A stretch of 64,000 nucleotides of DNA from Octopus sinensis (lineage: Eukaryota). Shown in pieces: positions 36,416 through 50,052 of the stretch (positions within the stretch are counted from its first letter, which is position 1; each line of letters starts with the position of its first letter). The position numbers were made by a program, and so were the translations under genes. A model generated the notes under the pieces. The model saw only the letters and a list, made by a program, of their open reading frames with translations, had not been told where the DNA came from and made no database searches. The stretch spans positions 25,730,001 to 25,794,000 of the forward strand of contig NC_043006.1 of the NCBI RefSeq assembly GCF_006345805.1, read 5' to 3'.

Positions 36416-36985
36416 ATAATGCTTTTTAAACACAGCACATTCATAGTTTTTCTCAGACAAAAACTGCAGTAACTTTCCTGTACAATGGTGTATATATATT
36501 AAGTATGATATGAAGGTGGCTATTTTAATTTAATATTGCCTCAATTCCATACACTGGATCTTTTTCACCATGGCAGCTATTCATAATTTTAAAAATACAT
36601 ACATACATAAATTGCGTGTGCATTTCATAACATAAACAAATATATTTCTGAACAACGATTTCATTTAATCAACTTGTTGGTTTCTTCTGTATACCAGTAG
36701 ATTGAGAAGAAAAGTTACATTCTTTGTTTACTTTACACATAGGTAAACATAGATCAGTCTCTATACACATCTAGTATATGTTGTTAGTGAGCACCGTTAG
36801 CAATTTCTATAAAAAAGAATAAGGCCATGCATATGTGTGTGTGTGTGTTTATGTGTATATGTGTGTGTGTATGTGTATATATATATATTTTAAAAATTTT
36901 TATTTATTTATTTTATCTAGTTTCAGCTCATGAGCTGTGGCCATGCTGGGGCACCGCCATTTAATATATATATATATATAAATAA

Positions 36986-37358
36986 TTTAATGAATACAGG
37001 AGTTACATGTGAGCAACTTCAACTTTCCTGCTCTGGATAGCATAGTAAGCACACAGGCTTGTATAACACACAATGCATGATCCAGCAATTGTTCAGGCTC
37101 AACTGACATGGCTACATCATAAGAAAATGTGAGAAAAGAACCAAGAAAACATTACAAGAAAAAACAAAAGCAAAATGTTAAAGGAAGTGGGGGAAATAAA
37201 GAATATTGTTAATCTTGTGTGTTTACATCTAAATAGACTTATTTGAGTTTCAATAATTGCCAGAATGCACATTGTACACTATATAAGGCTCTCTGATTTC
37301 TCCACTATCCAAGCATGAAACTTGAAGTAGCTTTAGTATAACTCCTGTATTCATTAAA
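36986..37358. repeat. MITE-like element with 20-bp perfect terminal inverted repeats
   Basis: TTTAATGAATACAGGAGTTA (36986-37005) / TAACTCCTGTATTCATTAAA (37339-37358), extending inward imperfectly. Confidence 0.7.
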
Positions 37359-37457
37359 TGATATTCATCTCTCAGTGTATTGAGTACTTTTTTGCTGAAT
37401 ATATCAACAAGTGAACAATATACTATTTATGTGTGTGTGTGTGTGTAAATATATATA

Positions 37458-37510
<53 letters not shown>

Positions 37511-37599
37511 ATATATACACATATACACATGCACACACACACACATATATATAGAAAGAGAGAGGAAGAAACATAAATATACAGATATGTCAACATCTT

Positions 37600-37639
<40 letters not shown>

Positions 37640-38630
37640 AATATATACATATACATACATGCACACACACACACACACACATACATACATGTGGTTTTTT
37701 TAATGCATGAATAATTTCAGTATACATTCATTATACACATCCTCATTTACTTTCTTTATTGTCCTTCCTCTCTCTCTCTCTTTCTTGCTCTCTATGCACT
37801 GCCCCAATCTTACAGCAACATGTCTGATACCAATCACTATATTCATTTAATCATTAACCCATAAACAGAAATCTCAATATATAAATAAAGCAAAATGATC
37901 TTCCACACCCAATCACATATTCATACATTGATTGTTATAGAATATAAATAATGTTAAAAAATATTTTTAGCAAACTGAAATTACCCCAATTGCTTAAAAA
38001 ATTAATTCCATGGACTGATTTTTTGTAGATGAATAACAATGGATTATGGTGATGATAACAATAAAGACAGATGATAATGATGACGTGATAGAAACAAAAC
38101 ATTGTTCAGATAACATGTGAGAAGTGAATTCAAATGCTCTAAGCAGAGCACTTCTTAGGGAAAATAATGAGGAGCTAGTTGAAAGGCTATATTTAGCCCT
38201 TTTGCAGCAACACACATTAATGTCCCAAATGTTAGAATACACTTCTCATAGTACATATTCTTATTCAATTTTGTGAAGTTATTTAACTTTTTAACCATTA
38301 CTAGTAATGTTCTCTTTTTCCAAAAACAAACAACATTACTCTTTAGTTTGCAAACTTGATAGCTAATCCCCTGCAACTGATGATTGATTGGGCAGTAGTA
38401 GTTGTTGTGGCAACTACATGCCCATTGTTCTACAGAAATGCATTGTTGAAGAACGTAAGAAGAAATTCATATAACTGTCTTAAAAAACAACTAACAAACA
38501 AAAATAAAATAAAATAAACAACAGAGTCTGGGATATTTTAGGGCCTTCTTCATTATGTCATCTTTTATCTGGTGATGCAGTTGCTAGTCTCCTGAACTTG
38601 ATGCTATTTCCTTTCCACCAGAAAACTCAC

Positions 38631-38753
38631 AGAGAAGTGAATCTAGAAAGCAGAATTATCATGTGAGAATGTGGGGAATACTGAAAGCCAAAAGTTTCTG
38701 GATTGGAATGTTTCAATTCTTGGAGATTTGTAGCCTCAAGGTGACAGCCAGGC
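38631..38753 (-). CDS. Candidate internal coding exon (123 bp, frame-preserving), unknown protein
   Basis: Acceptor TTTCATCTTTCATTACAG|G, donor CT|GTGAGT; one open frame PGCHLEATNLQELKHSNPETFGFQYSPHSHMIILLSRFTS. Confidence 0.35.
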
Positions 38754-39244
38754 CTGTAATGAAAGATGAAATTTGAAAATACATTATTCAAAATATTTAT
38801 GACAAGCTGCACCAATTGTTACAAAATAAAGAAAAACAACACAAGCAATCAGCTCCAGAACTGTAGTTATCAACAATAGAATCTATTACATATATAATAA
38901 GGACGAAATTTGTCAGTCAGTCAATTTCTCATATTTATACTCACATGTACAATAGTTATTCAAACATCAGGTAAAATCCTTTGTGATAGTCATTCCAACT
39001 GTGGTTAAACCTTGAGAGTGATGGGCTCTTCAAGTCTTACATATACCAAACTTTCTGTACACCATGGCCATTTGTATCTTGGAGTGACTGAATTGGGTGT
39101 TGTAGCACCAGGGCCCAGAAAGATTACATGTCTTTTATCATATTTTAATTATACATTGATGAGAGTGGGGCCCATATTATCAGTAAAGCAAATGGGGTTG
39201 GAAACATGTATACAATATATATATTGCCCAGGTAACTGATCTAG

Positions 39245-40720
39245 TAGGAATTTATATTTTATTCTGCATAAACAGAGTTTCCAAAAATAGGGGGAGGCTT
39301 ATACAGGGGTGACACACTATTCACCTTGCATAAACCTTCCAACATGAAAATGGAAAGACCAAAGAAAACATTATTCAAGTTCTTCAAAGACATGGGACTT
39401 TCCATTTCAATAAAAGAGGAGCACGTCACAGTCAACTTCTTAGATGTTGCACTACAACTAAATACTGGCCTATTCAAACCATACCATATACCTAATAAAA
39501 ACCTTAAATATATTCACTACAATAGCAATCACCCCAAGTGATTAACCCTATTTATAGTCTTAAACATTTCCACCCACATATCAAGACTGTTAGCTAATGA
39601 GGAGATATTTAAGCTAAATGAGAATTATTATAACAAAGCATTGGAGGAGGCAGGATACAAAGAAAAAATAGTGTATAGCCCAGGAAACCAAACCAATATA
39701 TATATATATATATATAATAAGGTTACCTGTCAGATACCAAAATACACACAAAAATATAACCATAAAAACCAAGTAAAACCCTACAAGAAGATAGAGGAAC
39801 CAATAAAAAAAGACAGGAATGAATACATAGGATACAACCGAAGAATAAATAGCTTGGATGATAATAAAAAAAGACTCGAACACCAGTGAATCTCTTCTGA
39901 AACTACCAAGTGAAAATAACAGCAGAAACCATAGTACGCTGCGTATTAGAAATGGAGCAAACCATCCCAGGTGCACACTTATACAAAACACAACAAGGAA
40001 ATACAACAGTGCTCCCCACCACCCTGACAACCACCACGGAAATAGGAAAGGCCCTAACACTAACAACCACACAATACTTAATAATAACAAAACTAATAGT
40101 AATTCCAGGACTGCTCTGTGGTATAATGCTACATTTGGGAAACAAATACTGTCCAGTATTCTGAAGCAGTTTTACACCACAATCAAGAAACACTTTCCCA
40201 AGTCTAGCAAGCACCATAGAATTTTCAATATGCACAATGTCTAAGTCACCTTTCCCACTAGTCATAACCCATCACACAATGCGAGAAGACTATCTCACTT
40301 CTAAAGGACCAGTGAAAGTAGTAGACAAGACAAGAAAAATGAATCTATCAATGAAAATATTGATAATATGAATCTGGATGAAAAGGTAGAAACAGTTCAG
40401 AACAAAAGGGACCGGAACACTAACACCAAAATAACACACACTGTAAAGAGGGCAGGTAATAATCTAAGAATCAGCAGTCAAAGGCAAACAACCCTAATAC
40501 AAGCTGATACCTTGACTAGACAGGGAGCGTGAACCACTAGAAATAACAGCACACAATCAACTATGCATAGAAAGCTTTGAAAAAATATTTGACCAATAGA
40601 AACAAGGATAGTACAGACATCTAGCAAGAGCCATGACACAATAAATGTAATTGTGCCAGAGATGCAGTGTGCCCATTAGACTCAAGATGTTTGATGAAGA
40701 ACTAAGTGTATAGATGCAGA
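39245..40720 (+). mobile_element. Penelope-like element, second group (RT C-term, linker, start of EN), degenerate
   Basis: VNFLDVALQLNTGLFKPY..YIHYNSNHP; ALWYNATFG..IKKHFP..HRIFN; CNCARDAVCPLDSRCL. Confidence 0.8.
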
Positions 40721-40899
40721 ATCAATTATACCAAAATATTTGCAAAAAAAACCTTAATATTTCGGTATAATTCTTCTATACATGACTCATATCTACTTTC
40801 CCCTGCCCAATATAGTTTAGCTGTACAGGTTATTTCTCACTCCATAGTATAGCTATGGTTCCTGTCTTTAGTTGAACAGATTAGTTTGCTTAGGCTCAT

Positions 40900-42300
40900 A
40901 TGATTCATCTTATTTCTATCCCTATATGAGTTTAAGTGATTGGCTAGCCTTCTCTTGGAATTAAAAAAGCTGAACCGTATATTATGTCCTTTCCTCAATT
41001 GATTCTGCAATTGAGAGCGTTTTTCACAATTAATATCATATTTGGTGTTAAACAGCTTCTTCAACTGTGGAACAACTGGAGTCCAGATATAAGGTATGGC
41101 GATCCATATATCTCAAGTATAATGTTGAAGATGAGGTATTCAGAAATATCTCAGTATTTGCATTTAACTGATTCTGCTAATGTCCCCAGTAAAAATGACC
41201 CAAACTATGATCCCCTGTACAAAGTACGTCCTGTAATCGATTTACATGTTAATAATTATAAAACTGTCTATCCACCTGGGAAAAATCTCAGTGTAGATGA
41301 AGCAATGATAGGCTATAAGAGCAGAGTACATTTTCGGCAGTACATGCCTGCCAAACCCACTAAATGGGGGATCAAGGTATGGGAAGTTTGTGAATCAGAC
41401 ACTGGATATTGTGTAAACTTCGATGTTTACACAGGTAAAAAATATAATGGAAACAACAGACCGCATGGATTGGGACATGATGTTGTATGGTCTCTTACCG
41501 AACCATTTTACCATCAGTACCAACACCTCTATTTTGACTGTTTTTTTTTCTTCAGTAGCTTTGACAGAAAATCTTGCCTGTGTAAGTACTTACATGTGCA
41601 GTACTGTTATGGGAAATTAAAGGTTTACCCCGTGAAATGAAAACAAAATTAAAAAAGAGGCGACATTTTACAAATGCAAAGAGAAAATGTTTTAGTTACT
41701 GCTTTCAAAGACAAAAGACAGATTTTATTTCTATCTTCTAATGAACAACCTGGTGTTAGCACTGAGGGGAAACTCCTCGTCAATATTTCTTATAATAAAT
41801 ATATTGGTGGGGTTGATAAATCCGACCAATATCGGGCATATTACCCAGTTGGTCAACCTGGGAAGAAATGGTGAAGGTACATTTTGTGGTTTTTAGTTAA
41901 TTTAACTATAGTCATTTCATATATTGTATATGTAAAAAGCCCCAAAGTAACTCCACCACCAAAAGACTACGAGCACTTGAAATTTCGGGTTGACATCGCA
42001 TCTCAGTTACGTGACGGCTTTTCTTCTAGAGAGCACAGAACTAGCAAAATTAACTGAGGTGGATGTCAACAGAGAAAATATTGACTTTCATCAAGTCGAA
42101 AAGATAAATGGAAGGAAAAAAGTTTGCAGACTGTGTTCGCTGTAAAAAAGAAAAACTGCAAAAGGGTATCAAACAGAGACTTCGTATATGTGTTCATTTT
42201 GTAAAGTGGCCTTGTGTAAAGGGTGCTTTGGACAGTTTCATGACGGAAATATGTCATAACTATATTATTTTGTATATTCGTTTTCATTTTATTATAAATA
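40900..42300 (+). mobile_element. piggyBac-like transposase, degenerate
   Basis: DPLYKVRP, LSVDEAMIGYK, YMPAKPTKWGIK, YNKYIGGVDKSDQ, Cys-rich C-terminus; TIRs not identified. Confidence 0.88.
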
Positions 42301-42567
42301 ATATGCGAAAGCGAGAAATACATATTAATTTTCAGTATGTTACACACCTGTATTCACCTTTGTCTCACCTGTTAATGAGATTTTTTTTATTCGATGCATT
42401 CTGTTACGTAAATGAATTTGTTAAATTGTATAAGAGTACAGAGCCAATGGTATATTGACTAGTAAAAGAGTTTTGTACTTCATTTTCAATAAAAATGTTT
42501 GAATGAAATATAAAGAAAATCTTATACCGATTACACCTGTATTTTAATTAATTCAATTAATTTAATT

Positions 42568-42705
42568 AAGGAAGGGCATCCAGATGTAGAAACTCTGCCA
42601 GATCAAGATTGGAGCCTGGTGCAGCCATCTGGTTCACCAGTCCTTGTCCAACCCATGCTAGCATGGAAAGCGGACGTTAAACGATGATGATGATGATGAT
42701 GATTA
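42568..42705 (+). mobile_element. Short RTE-tail repeat
   Basis: AAGGAAGGGCATCCAG...GGAAAGCGGACGTTAAACGATGATGAT. Confidence 0.7.
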
Positions 42706-43699
42706 CTGGTTTACCATCCCAGCAAGAAGTGCAAAAGGTTGCTTTAACATGTACGTCACTCACATTGGGAAGAGTATTGTCATTGTGAGAATGATAACCT
42801 TTCATGTAAATTATTTTTTCTTTTACATGATTTTATTTGTTTTTGTGAATGATCTTTCTGGTGTGTTTGTTTTAGTGGCCTATCAATGTATACAGTGAAT
42901 TTCTTTACACTCAGTGTAGCGAAGACAGCAAAAAATGAAAACAAAACCGAGGGAAGAAGATGAACATAATAATAATAATAATAATAATAATTTATGAAAA
43001 CTTTCCAGTTCCTGTTAAACTGTCCCACCCATCCACCCATGCCAGCACAGAAAATGGATGTTAAATGAAGATGATGATAATGGTGATTATGATGATGAGT
43101 AACATAACTCTTCATGAAAGTAAATGTACAATAAGAAGAGCACGATATAATTTGTAATAGAGAGTGACTCTGTTTATTGAACTGAACAATATTTTGACAG
43201 TATGTCTGTCTTCTTTGGGTTCAAAAATAAAAAAAAGATGCAATTCATTACAAAAATTCAAAATTTGAAGTGGAATATCTTGTGTTCCTTTTTAGACATA
43301 ATGACATCATCAATTTTTGCTTGTTCATAACTGGTAACAAAGTGTGTGTGTGGGGGGGGGGAGAAGAAAATGAAGAAAGCAGGAAAGAGAACACTTAGTC
43401 AAAAAATTTTGTCTAAATGTGATGGCATTCTCCTGTCATTTTGTTCACTCCTCCAGTATGTGATGTAAATGACAATGACAAGTAAATCTATTCTCATATG
43501 GTTTAAAGACTTAAAATGCAGTGGAACTGGAATATTTTTGAGAATGTGACCTATCAAGTTTTCCTCAAATTTATAGCTGTTTGTAAAATGTTTGGTAAGT
43601 TCTTTCAAACTACTGCTATTGTACTATTATTGACTTTGAAGATGAGGCTTTGACTAACAGGTGAATTAGAAAAAGAGGTTCAGTAGAATACCATCATCA

Positions 43700-43840
43700 G
43701 TGTTTACCAGACCTTAACCACTAAACTTTATGGGGATACTTAAAAAACAAAATTTATAGTACCAAACAGGTGACAGTTGGTGAATTGAGGGCAGCCATTG
43801 AATGAGAATGCACATAAATGTTTCTAGAGGTTGTGATTTT
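43700..43840 (+). mobile_element. Tc1/mariner transposase C-terminal fragment
   Basis: PDLNH*TLWGYLKNKIY..TVGELRAAI. Confidence 0.55.
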
Positions 43841-43844
43841 GTTG

Positions 43845-44280
43845 CATCATACCTGCTGTGCTTGAGGAGATCTCTTGCTGTGCTTGAGGAGACCCCTGCT
43901 GTGCTTGAGGAGACCTACTGAGTCAAGTACATCAACATCGAAATAAATATCAAATGGAAATAGTAGTTGTGATACCTGTGCCAGTGGCACGTAAAAAGCA
44001 CCATCTGAACATGGCCAATGCCAGCGCCGCCTTGACTGGCTTCTGTGCCAGTGGCACGTAAAAAGCACCAACTGATCATGGCTGCTGCCAGCCTCCCCTG
44101 GCACGTAAAAAGCACCCACTACACTCATGGAGTGGTTGGCGTTAGGAAGGGCATTCAGCTGTAGAAACACTGCCAGATCAGACTGGAGCCTAGTGCAGCC
44201 TCCTGGCTTCCCAGACCCCTGTCGAACCGTCCAACTTGTGCTAGCACAGAAAACGGACATTAAACGATGATGATGATATT
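43845..44280 (+). mobile_element. RTE-tail repeat with 21-bp tandem head and CACGTAAAAAGCACC units
   Basis: TGCTGTGCTTGAGGAGA x3; three GGCACGTAAAAAGCAC units; family tail. Confidence 0.7.
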
Positions 44281-44849
44281 ATAAGTAGTACCTGGACCAC
44301 AACAGTCATCAATTTGAAGGCAGACTTCCACAAAAAAATTAAATCCTATTGGTTTCTTTAAATTTAAAAAAATGAAATGTACTTTAATAAACACTGACTT
44401 TACAATCATTCAATAAGCATATGCATTTTTTGAAACATCCTATTCCATATTATGAACAAACACATAGGTAAACTAAAAACTGTATAGGTCAATAAGTGCA
44501 GAGTTCCCCCTGACCCCATAGCAGCAGGTCAGGAGTCACCTTAATCTGTTAGTCAATACCAAGAATCATCTGTCTTGGCTTCACCATCTGACCTCATTCC
44601 ATCCAATCCTACCTAAGCAGGTCTGAATCTACCACAACAGACTACTATCACTATTATAGGTTAGAACTACTATGATTACAATTTAAGCAACATTGGCCAA
44701 TGATTCTCTCTCCGCCTCACATATCAAAATAGAAAACCAATCTCTTTCATCTCAAAAAAACCTGCCAATATCATTCTCAGTGCATCCATAAATTTGGACC
44801 CATTGGTAGAAACAACAAAGGTCACTTCCCTTTCTCTCGTCCTTCCTTA

Positions 44850-45090
44850 GGCCATAAACTTATAAAGGGTATTTATTTGTCCATAATGAGAAAAAATGTC
44901 CCCACTTTCAACTAAAGTATTGTCCCAAATACAGAGCCCATGGCTTTAATCCTATATAGGGATGTACAAAAGACAAGTGTGCTTTCTTCCATCCTAAGCT
45001 ATGTCAGAATTTTCTGTTCCTAAGGATATATCTGAACCTGGAATGCAACTATGATGATCTGAAAGGTACAAAATAAATAACAAACAGCGA
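44850..45090 (+). mobile_element. Probable LINE ORF1 remnant with CCCH-like motifs
   Basis: KCPHFQLKYCPKYRAHG..GCTKDKCAFFHPKLCQ..ECNY; family assignment is inference. Confidence 0.35.
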
Positions 45091-45499
45091 TACAATAATG
45101 CAAGAAAAAAAAGAGTCACACCCCACCTCCATGCACTGACCACCAAAGAATTCCATCTAGTATAAGAAAAATATGAGAAAACTTTAACACCAAACAAAAT
45201 AAACAAGCACAAAAAAAAACATTTGTACAAAAAAATCAACCAAAAGACAATTATTTTTTACTGACCTACCTGGAAAATATAAGAGTTGACCTAAGCCTGC
45301 AAATTAAGCAGTCTGACAGCTAAAAAACTTGGAACATACACCCAACATCAACCAGAAGATTACTCCCCTCAATCAACTCCACACACAAACAGCTCCCAGT
45401 GTTGCCACTGAACAACAAAATACATTGCCAAGCTAAAAATCAAAAACTTCACCATCATTTGTGCAAATCACACTGGCTCAAAATAATGAAAGAGCATTA

Positions 45500-46560
45500 A
45501 AGTGAAGAGACAGATTTGGAAGGATTGGAAGAATTATAGAGAATTATAGCAAGTAACAAGGAGAAGTTTATTTAGCAAGAGGAGATACAGAAAGGAAGAT
45601 ATTTGTCAATGTTCTACAGCTTGAGAAGCAAAGTTATGAGATGTTCCAGATTGCATGACAGTGTATCAAAGAAAATCAAAAATGTTGTGGGAGAGAGGTA
45701 TGTACAGATGGATAATGGTACAGTTGCACTTAGTGATTTTGGAAAGAAAGAGGCATGGAAGTGCTGCTATGAAATGTTAGTAAATGTGAAGAATACATGG
45801 GATAAAGAAGGTTATCCCAACATATATACAAAAGAGGAACCAGCAGTATGATGCACAAGCAGTTTGGAATATGAAGGTAGGAAAAGCCTCCTTAGACCGT
45901 CAGGAATTACTGCCAATTGCTTAAAACATCTGGTGGTGTAAGATATGACCTAATTACCCACGTATTCATTGAAGGTGTTAATGACTGGTGTAGCAATATT
46001 ATAGTCAACTATTGTAAGGCTAAAGGCAATGTTTTAAAGAAAGGTAATTAGAGGTATCAAAAAGCTGAACTAGATAATGAATGCTATAGCTCAACTAATT
46101 AGACAAAGAGTAAAACTAGATGAGATGGTGTTTAGTTTTTGTGCCAGGGTAAAATACAACAGATTTCCTCTGCTTGGTGAAGCAACAGCAAGAAAATTAC
46201 TGGCAAAAAGTAAGCTGCTGTGTGCAGCCTGGAGGAAGTTCTCAACAGAGTTTGTTGCTTACTGATCTGGTGACCAATGGGAAAGCAAGGAGTAGATGGC
46301 TGGCTGGCTGGTGAGAGCCATACAAACTATGAATTTAATGAGCACCTAAAAGTTCTTGACCCCCTCCTATTTGTCATCAGTTTTCAGGCCATAATAAGTT
46401 TGACTGCCCATGGGAATGGCTATGTGCGGATGATCTTATAGCTGAATCTATAGTAGAATTAGAAAAGAGACTCCAGGTGTGGAAGTAAAACCTAAAATTA
46501 AAAGGACTCAAAGTTAACTTGGTGAGAAATAAAGTTTATTAAGTACGAAAGAGGACAGAA
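45500..46560 (+). mobile_element. Old degenerate RTE LINE, RT N-terminal region
   Basis: KKEAWKCCYEML; VNYCKAKGNVLKKGN*RGIK; IRQRVKLDEMVFSF. Confidence 0.6.
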
Positions 46561-49499
46561 CCCTGCTACCAAAGTTCTCACTTTTGTACCAACCCAATAT
46601 TTATATATGTGCATGTGTGATTGTGTGTTGTGTGTGTGTATGTGTAGACATGATATATATGTATATCTAGTTTTTGCTCTAGAGATTAGTCTTAACTTTT
46701 TCAGCTTTTTCTAGCAGCTGATCTGTTGCATGATGATGCTCATTTACAGCTATTACATGATGTCAACACAAGGGCACAAACATATATATACATAAGTGAT
46801 CATGCAATATGTAAGAAAAGGTGTAAGAAGAAATTCCATACAATATACCCAATGCAATGGTATCAGAAGAAGGTTAGCAACAATCCCATTAAAAAGGAAG
46901 TATTTCCATATAAATTTCCAAAAGTTTATTTAGAATGATTATATTTTTTGTAAGAGAGCTAAAATATCAAGATAAATTGCCAAAGTAAACTTGCACAATG
47001 TTAAAAATAAAAATTGGTTAACTTAATTAATTAGAATTAATTTTTTTTTAAATCAACAAAATTTTAAATAAATAGTGTATTAATTATGAAGCCTTAGAAT
47101 TATGGATGATGTGAAATGCAAAGTTGTTCTCAAGAATATTAGCATGCTCCTGCATCTAATACTAAAAACCATTTACTGAATATTCCCTGATATACACAGC
47201 AATTTTAGAAGAATTTAGAATAGCATTACATTTTTTTTCTTTTCCTATTGAATTAAATAAATGGAAAAACCCATAAGCTAAGCAATGGCAAAAATATGTT
47301 TTCCAAGCCACTTACACAAGCCTTGAGAGACTTAATGTCTCTCTCTTGGAGTAACATTAAACCTTTTTTTGGGCTGAAAAAAAAAACAAATACAAACCAT
47401 TTACAAATGCAGATTTTGAAAGATATACACTCTCATATAGGTAGAGAGAAATATGTAAAATTTAGAAGGGCATATCTTAAAGAAGAACAGCTTCAATAAA
47501 GAAGCTGGATTTGAAAAGATTTAACATGTAACACAGATAAATGGAGAGATGTGATTATAAGAAATAAAGTGTAATGATAAACTCTCAAGAATAAGTTGAA
47601 AAGATAATATTGTTTCTCCTAAATCACATAAAGAAGTTGTTTCAGTCAGTTCATAGTGTATTTATGATATTTATTTATTTATCTGCTGCAAGAATTCAAC
47701 TTAGAACCATAATAATTTTTTTTAAACTTTAGTCGATAAGAAAACAAACACTACGATTCAGATGAATGAGAAAAGAAAATTTATTCTAAACCAGTATAAA
47801 AGCTGCATTCCATATAGACTTTTAAGCTAGCTCCTGTGGAGGGCTAATTGAGCTTGTGGCTCAAAACTAAAGAAAGAAATAATAATAAAGCTTTTATTGG
47901 TACCCTACCAGTATGGTATTATTTTAAATTCAGTTAAATGAAAAATTTGTAAGTTCACAAATTTTTGGAGTGCTTTTAAAATTTGAATTTTCAACTGTTA
48001 TCATCCTCACTCAGACCTGATCCCAAAGCTGGATGTTCAAGAACCAAATAAAAGGGCAGATTTTCAATCCTGGGATCATCCTGATTCCCCAAAAGTATTA
48101 TAATATGTCTATGTAGAGCAAATGAAAACTGAAATACAGGGGTTCTGGACAAAACGGCAAACAGAATTTCATGCTTATTATTATAGATACTTCAGCTTCA
48201 ATATTTCTAATCAAGTAATAAAATATTAATGGAATAACCATTAAATCTAATCAATAACAGAGACTATTGTAACACAAACAAGCATGCTTGTTCACAGACA
48301 TATATAGAAAATAGGTAAGGTGTAAGATCTACTTTAATTGATATACACCCCCCCCCAAATGTTCCTTCATCTGGCTGCTTATTTCTCCCTCATGTCTTAA
48401 AATGCAATGCCACATTAAACCCTTAAAAGAAATTCTATGTCTATGCTTACAGACACTCTTACTTTTATACATCATGCTCACTCTTACAAAAACAGATTTT
48501 TCCCCACAGTAACCATTTGTATTAATGTGATTATGTATATTACTATGTTAATAAACATACTTATACACTCAAAGCATTTCAATAATGCTCACACTTGTTA
48601 TCCTCCTACTCAATTCCACAATAGTCAATAGTCTCCTCATACTTCACCTTGTTTTTCTGCTAACTGATCTCCTACCAAGACCTTTTCCTTAAATTATCGT
48701 CTTCCTTCCTAACACACACACATTATCAGTGAAATGTCAAGCACTTTAGACACTTCACTTGTCTCACAAATGAAGAGCTTGGCTCCAAACCTCAGGATGC
48801 TCTTGTCTCCCAATGACATACAAATTTATTCAAAACTTATGCAATTCTTTAAGTAAGTTTTGCCAATGTAGACAATTACTAGCTTTTCTTTGGAGTGTTC
48901 TTTCTAATAATAAAAAAAACAAAACATATCTAATTGTTATCTAGCACAGACTAGTATTGTACATACTTCAAGCTCATTGTCAATTGCCTCATTCAATTTC
49001 TTTAATACCTGCAACTGACAAAATAATTGAATTATCTATCTATCAGTGGCAGATGTTATTGCATGACCAATTCTCTATGGCTCTTCATTTTACTATTTTA
49101 AGCTTATCTACAATGGTCTATTGTCTATTGTTTTCTCAATATTTAATTTTCACAAATACTACTATTGTTACTGATTCTGTCTTCCTACACCACCACCATC
49201 ACTGCTGCCACCATCACCACTTCACCATCATCATTGTTATCATTTTAACATCCGTTTTTCCATACTTGTACATATCAATGAAATTTGGCAAGACAGATAT
49301 TGTATGGATGGCTTTCATCTCACTAACACTCACCTGTTTCCAAATAAGATAATATTAGCCAGTCGGGAAATGACAGACTGCACTTCTACGATGGTGATGC
49401 TCATTTATAACTATCTTGTAACACCAAGACAAGAGGACACATACACACACATACATACACATGTGCAACGCAGAACTAAATTCTCATCACAGGGTACAT

Positions 49500-49760
49500 T
49501 GTGAAAACTATTTACAAAACCCACAAGGGGGATTATTACTATTTCCTGAAACAATACCTAACTTATTATCAGCATATAGAAGAAGTCGTATAAGAACCAA
49601 CCTAACCCAGCAGTAAAGTCAAATGAAATGAAGTTACTTTGGGACTTCAAAATCCAATATCATCATGAGACACATGACATAGGACTAGCTATTCTTATTG
49701 CTGTAGAAGAGGAAAGACTGAAGTAGCCTCTTCAAAAGATAAAACAGTATGCAAAAGGAA
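49500..49760 (+). mobile_element. Possible R4/Dong-like (RLE) LINE C-terminal remnant
   Basis: NEMKLLWDFKIQ motif only. Confidence 0.3.
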
Positions 49761-49879
49761 GATTGAGCAGTGTCAAAATGGACAGGAGAAATTTTTAAAA
49801 ACGTGAGTCATGTTAAAGTACACATACACAGGTCTGTCTGTCTGTGTGTATATATAAATATATATATCTATCTATCTAT

Positions 49880-50020
49880 CCGCTCAGTCGAAGTCGACTC
49901 TCGGTTACTCGATGGATCAGTGTCCTCCAGTCAGTTCTATCCTGGGCCGCTTCTTTCAGATTGGCTATGTCCATTTCGGTATCACTCTTGATGGTGTCAA
50001 GCCAGCAGGTTGACACCATA
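49880..50020 (-). mobile_element. RTE/BovB-like extreme 3' end
   Basis: WLDTIKSDTEMDIANLKEAAQDRTDWRTLIHRVTESRLRLSG. Confidence 0.7.
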
Positions 50021-50021
50021 A

Positions 50022-50052
<31 letters not shown>

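Noticed and set aside
38121-38276. Protein-like open stretch SRALLRENNEELVERLYLALLQQH after an in-frame TGA
   Set aside because: No convincing splice sites or family match; compatible with chance.
40984-41874. Domesticated PGBD-like gene
   Set aside because: Stops and frameshifts disrupt the catalytic region; an ordinary decayed piggyBac.
43850-43920. 21-bp direct repeats resembling a CRISPR-like array
   Set aside because: Head-to-tail units without unique spacers, inside a eukaryotic retro-repeat.
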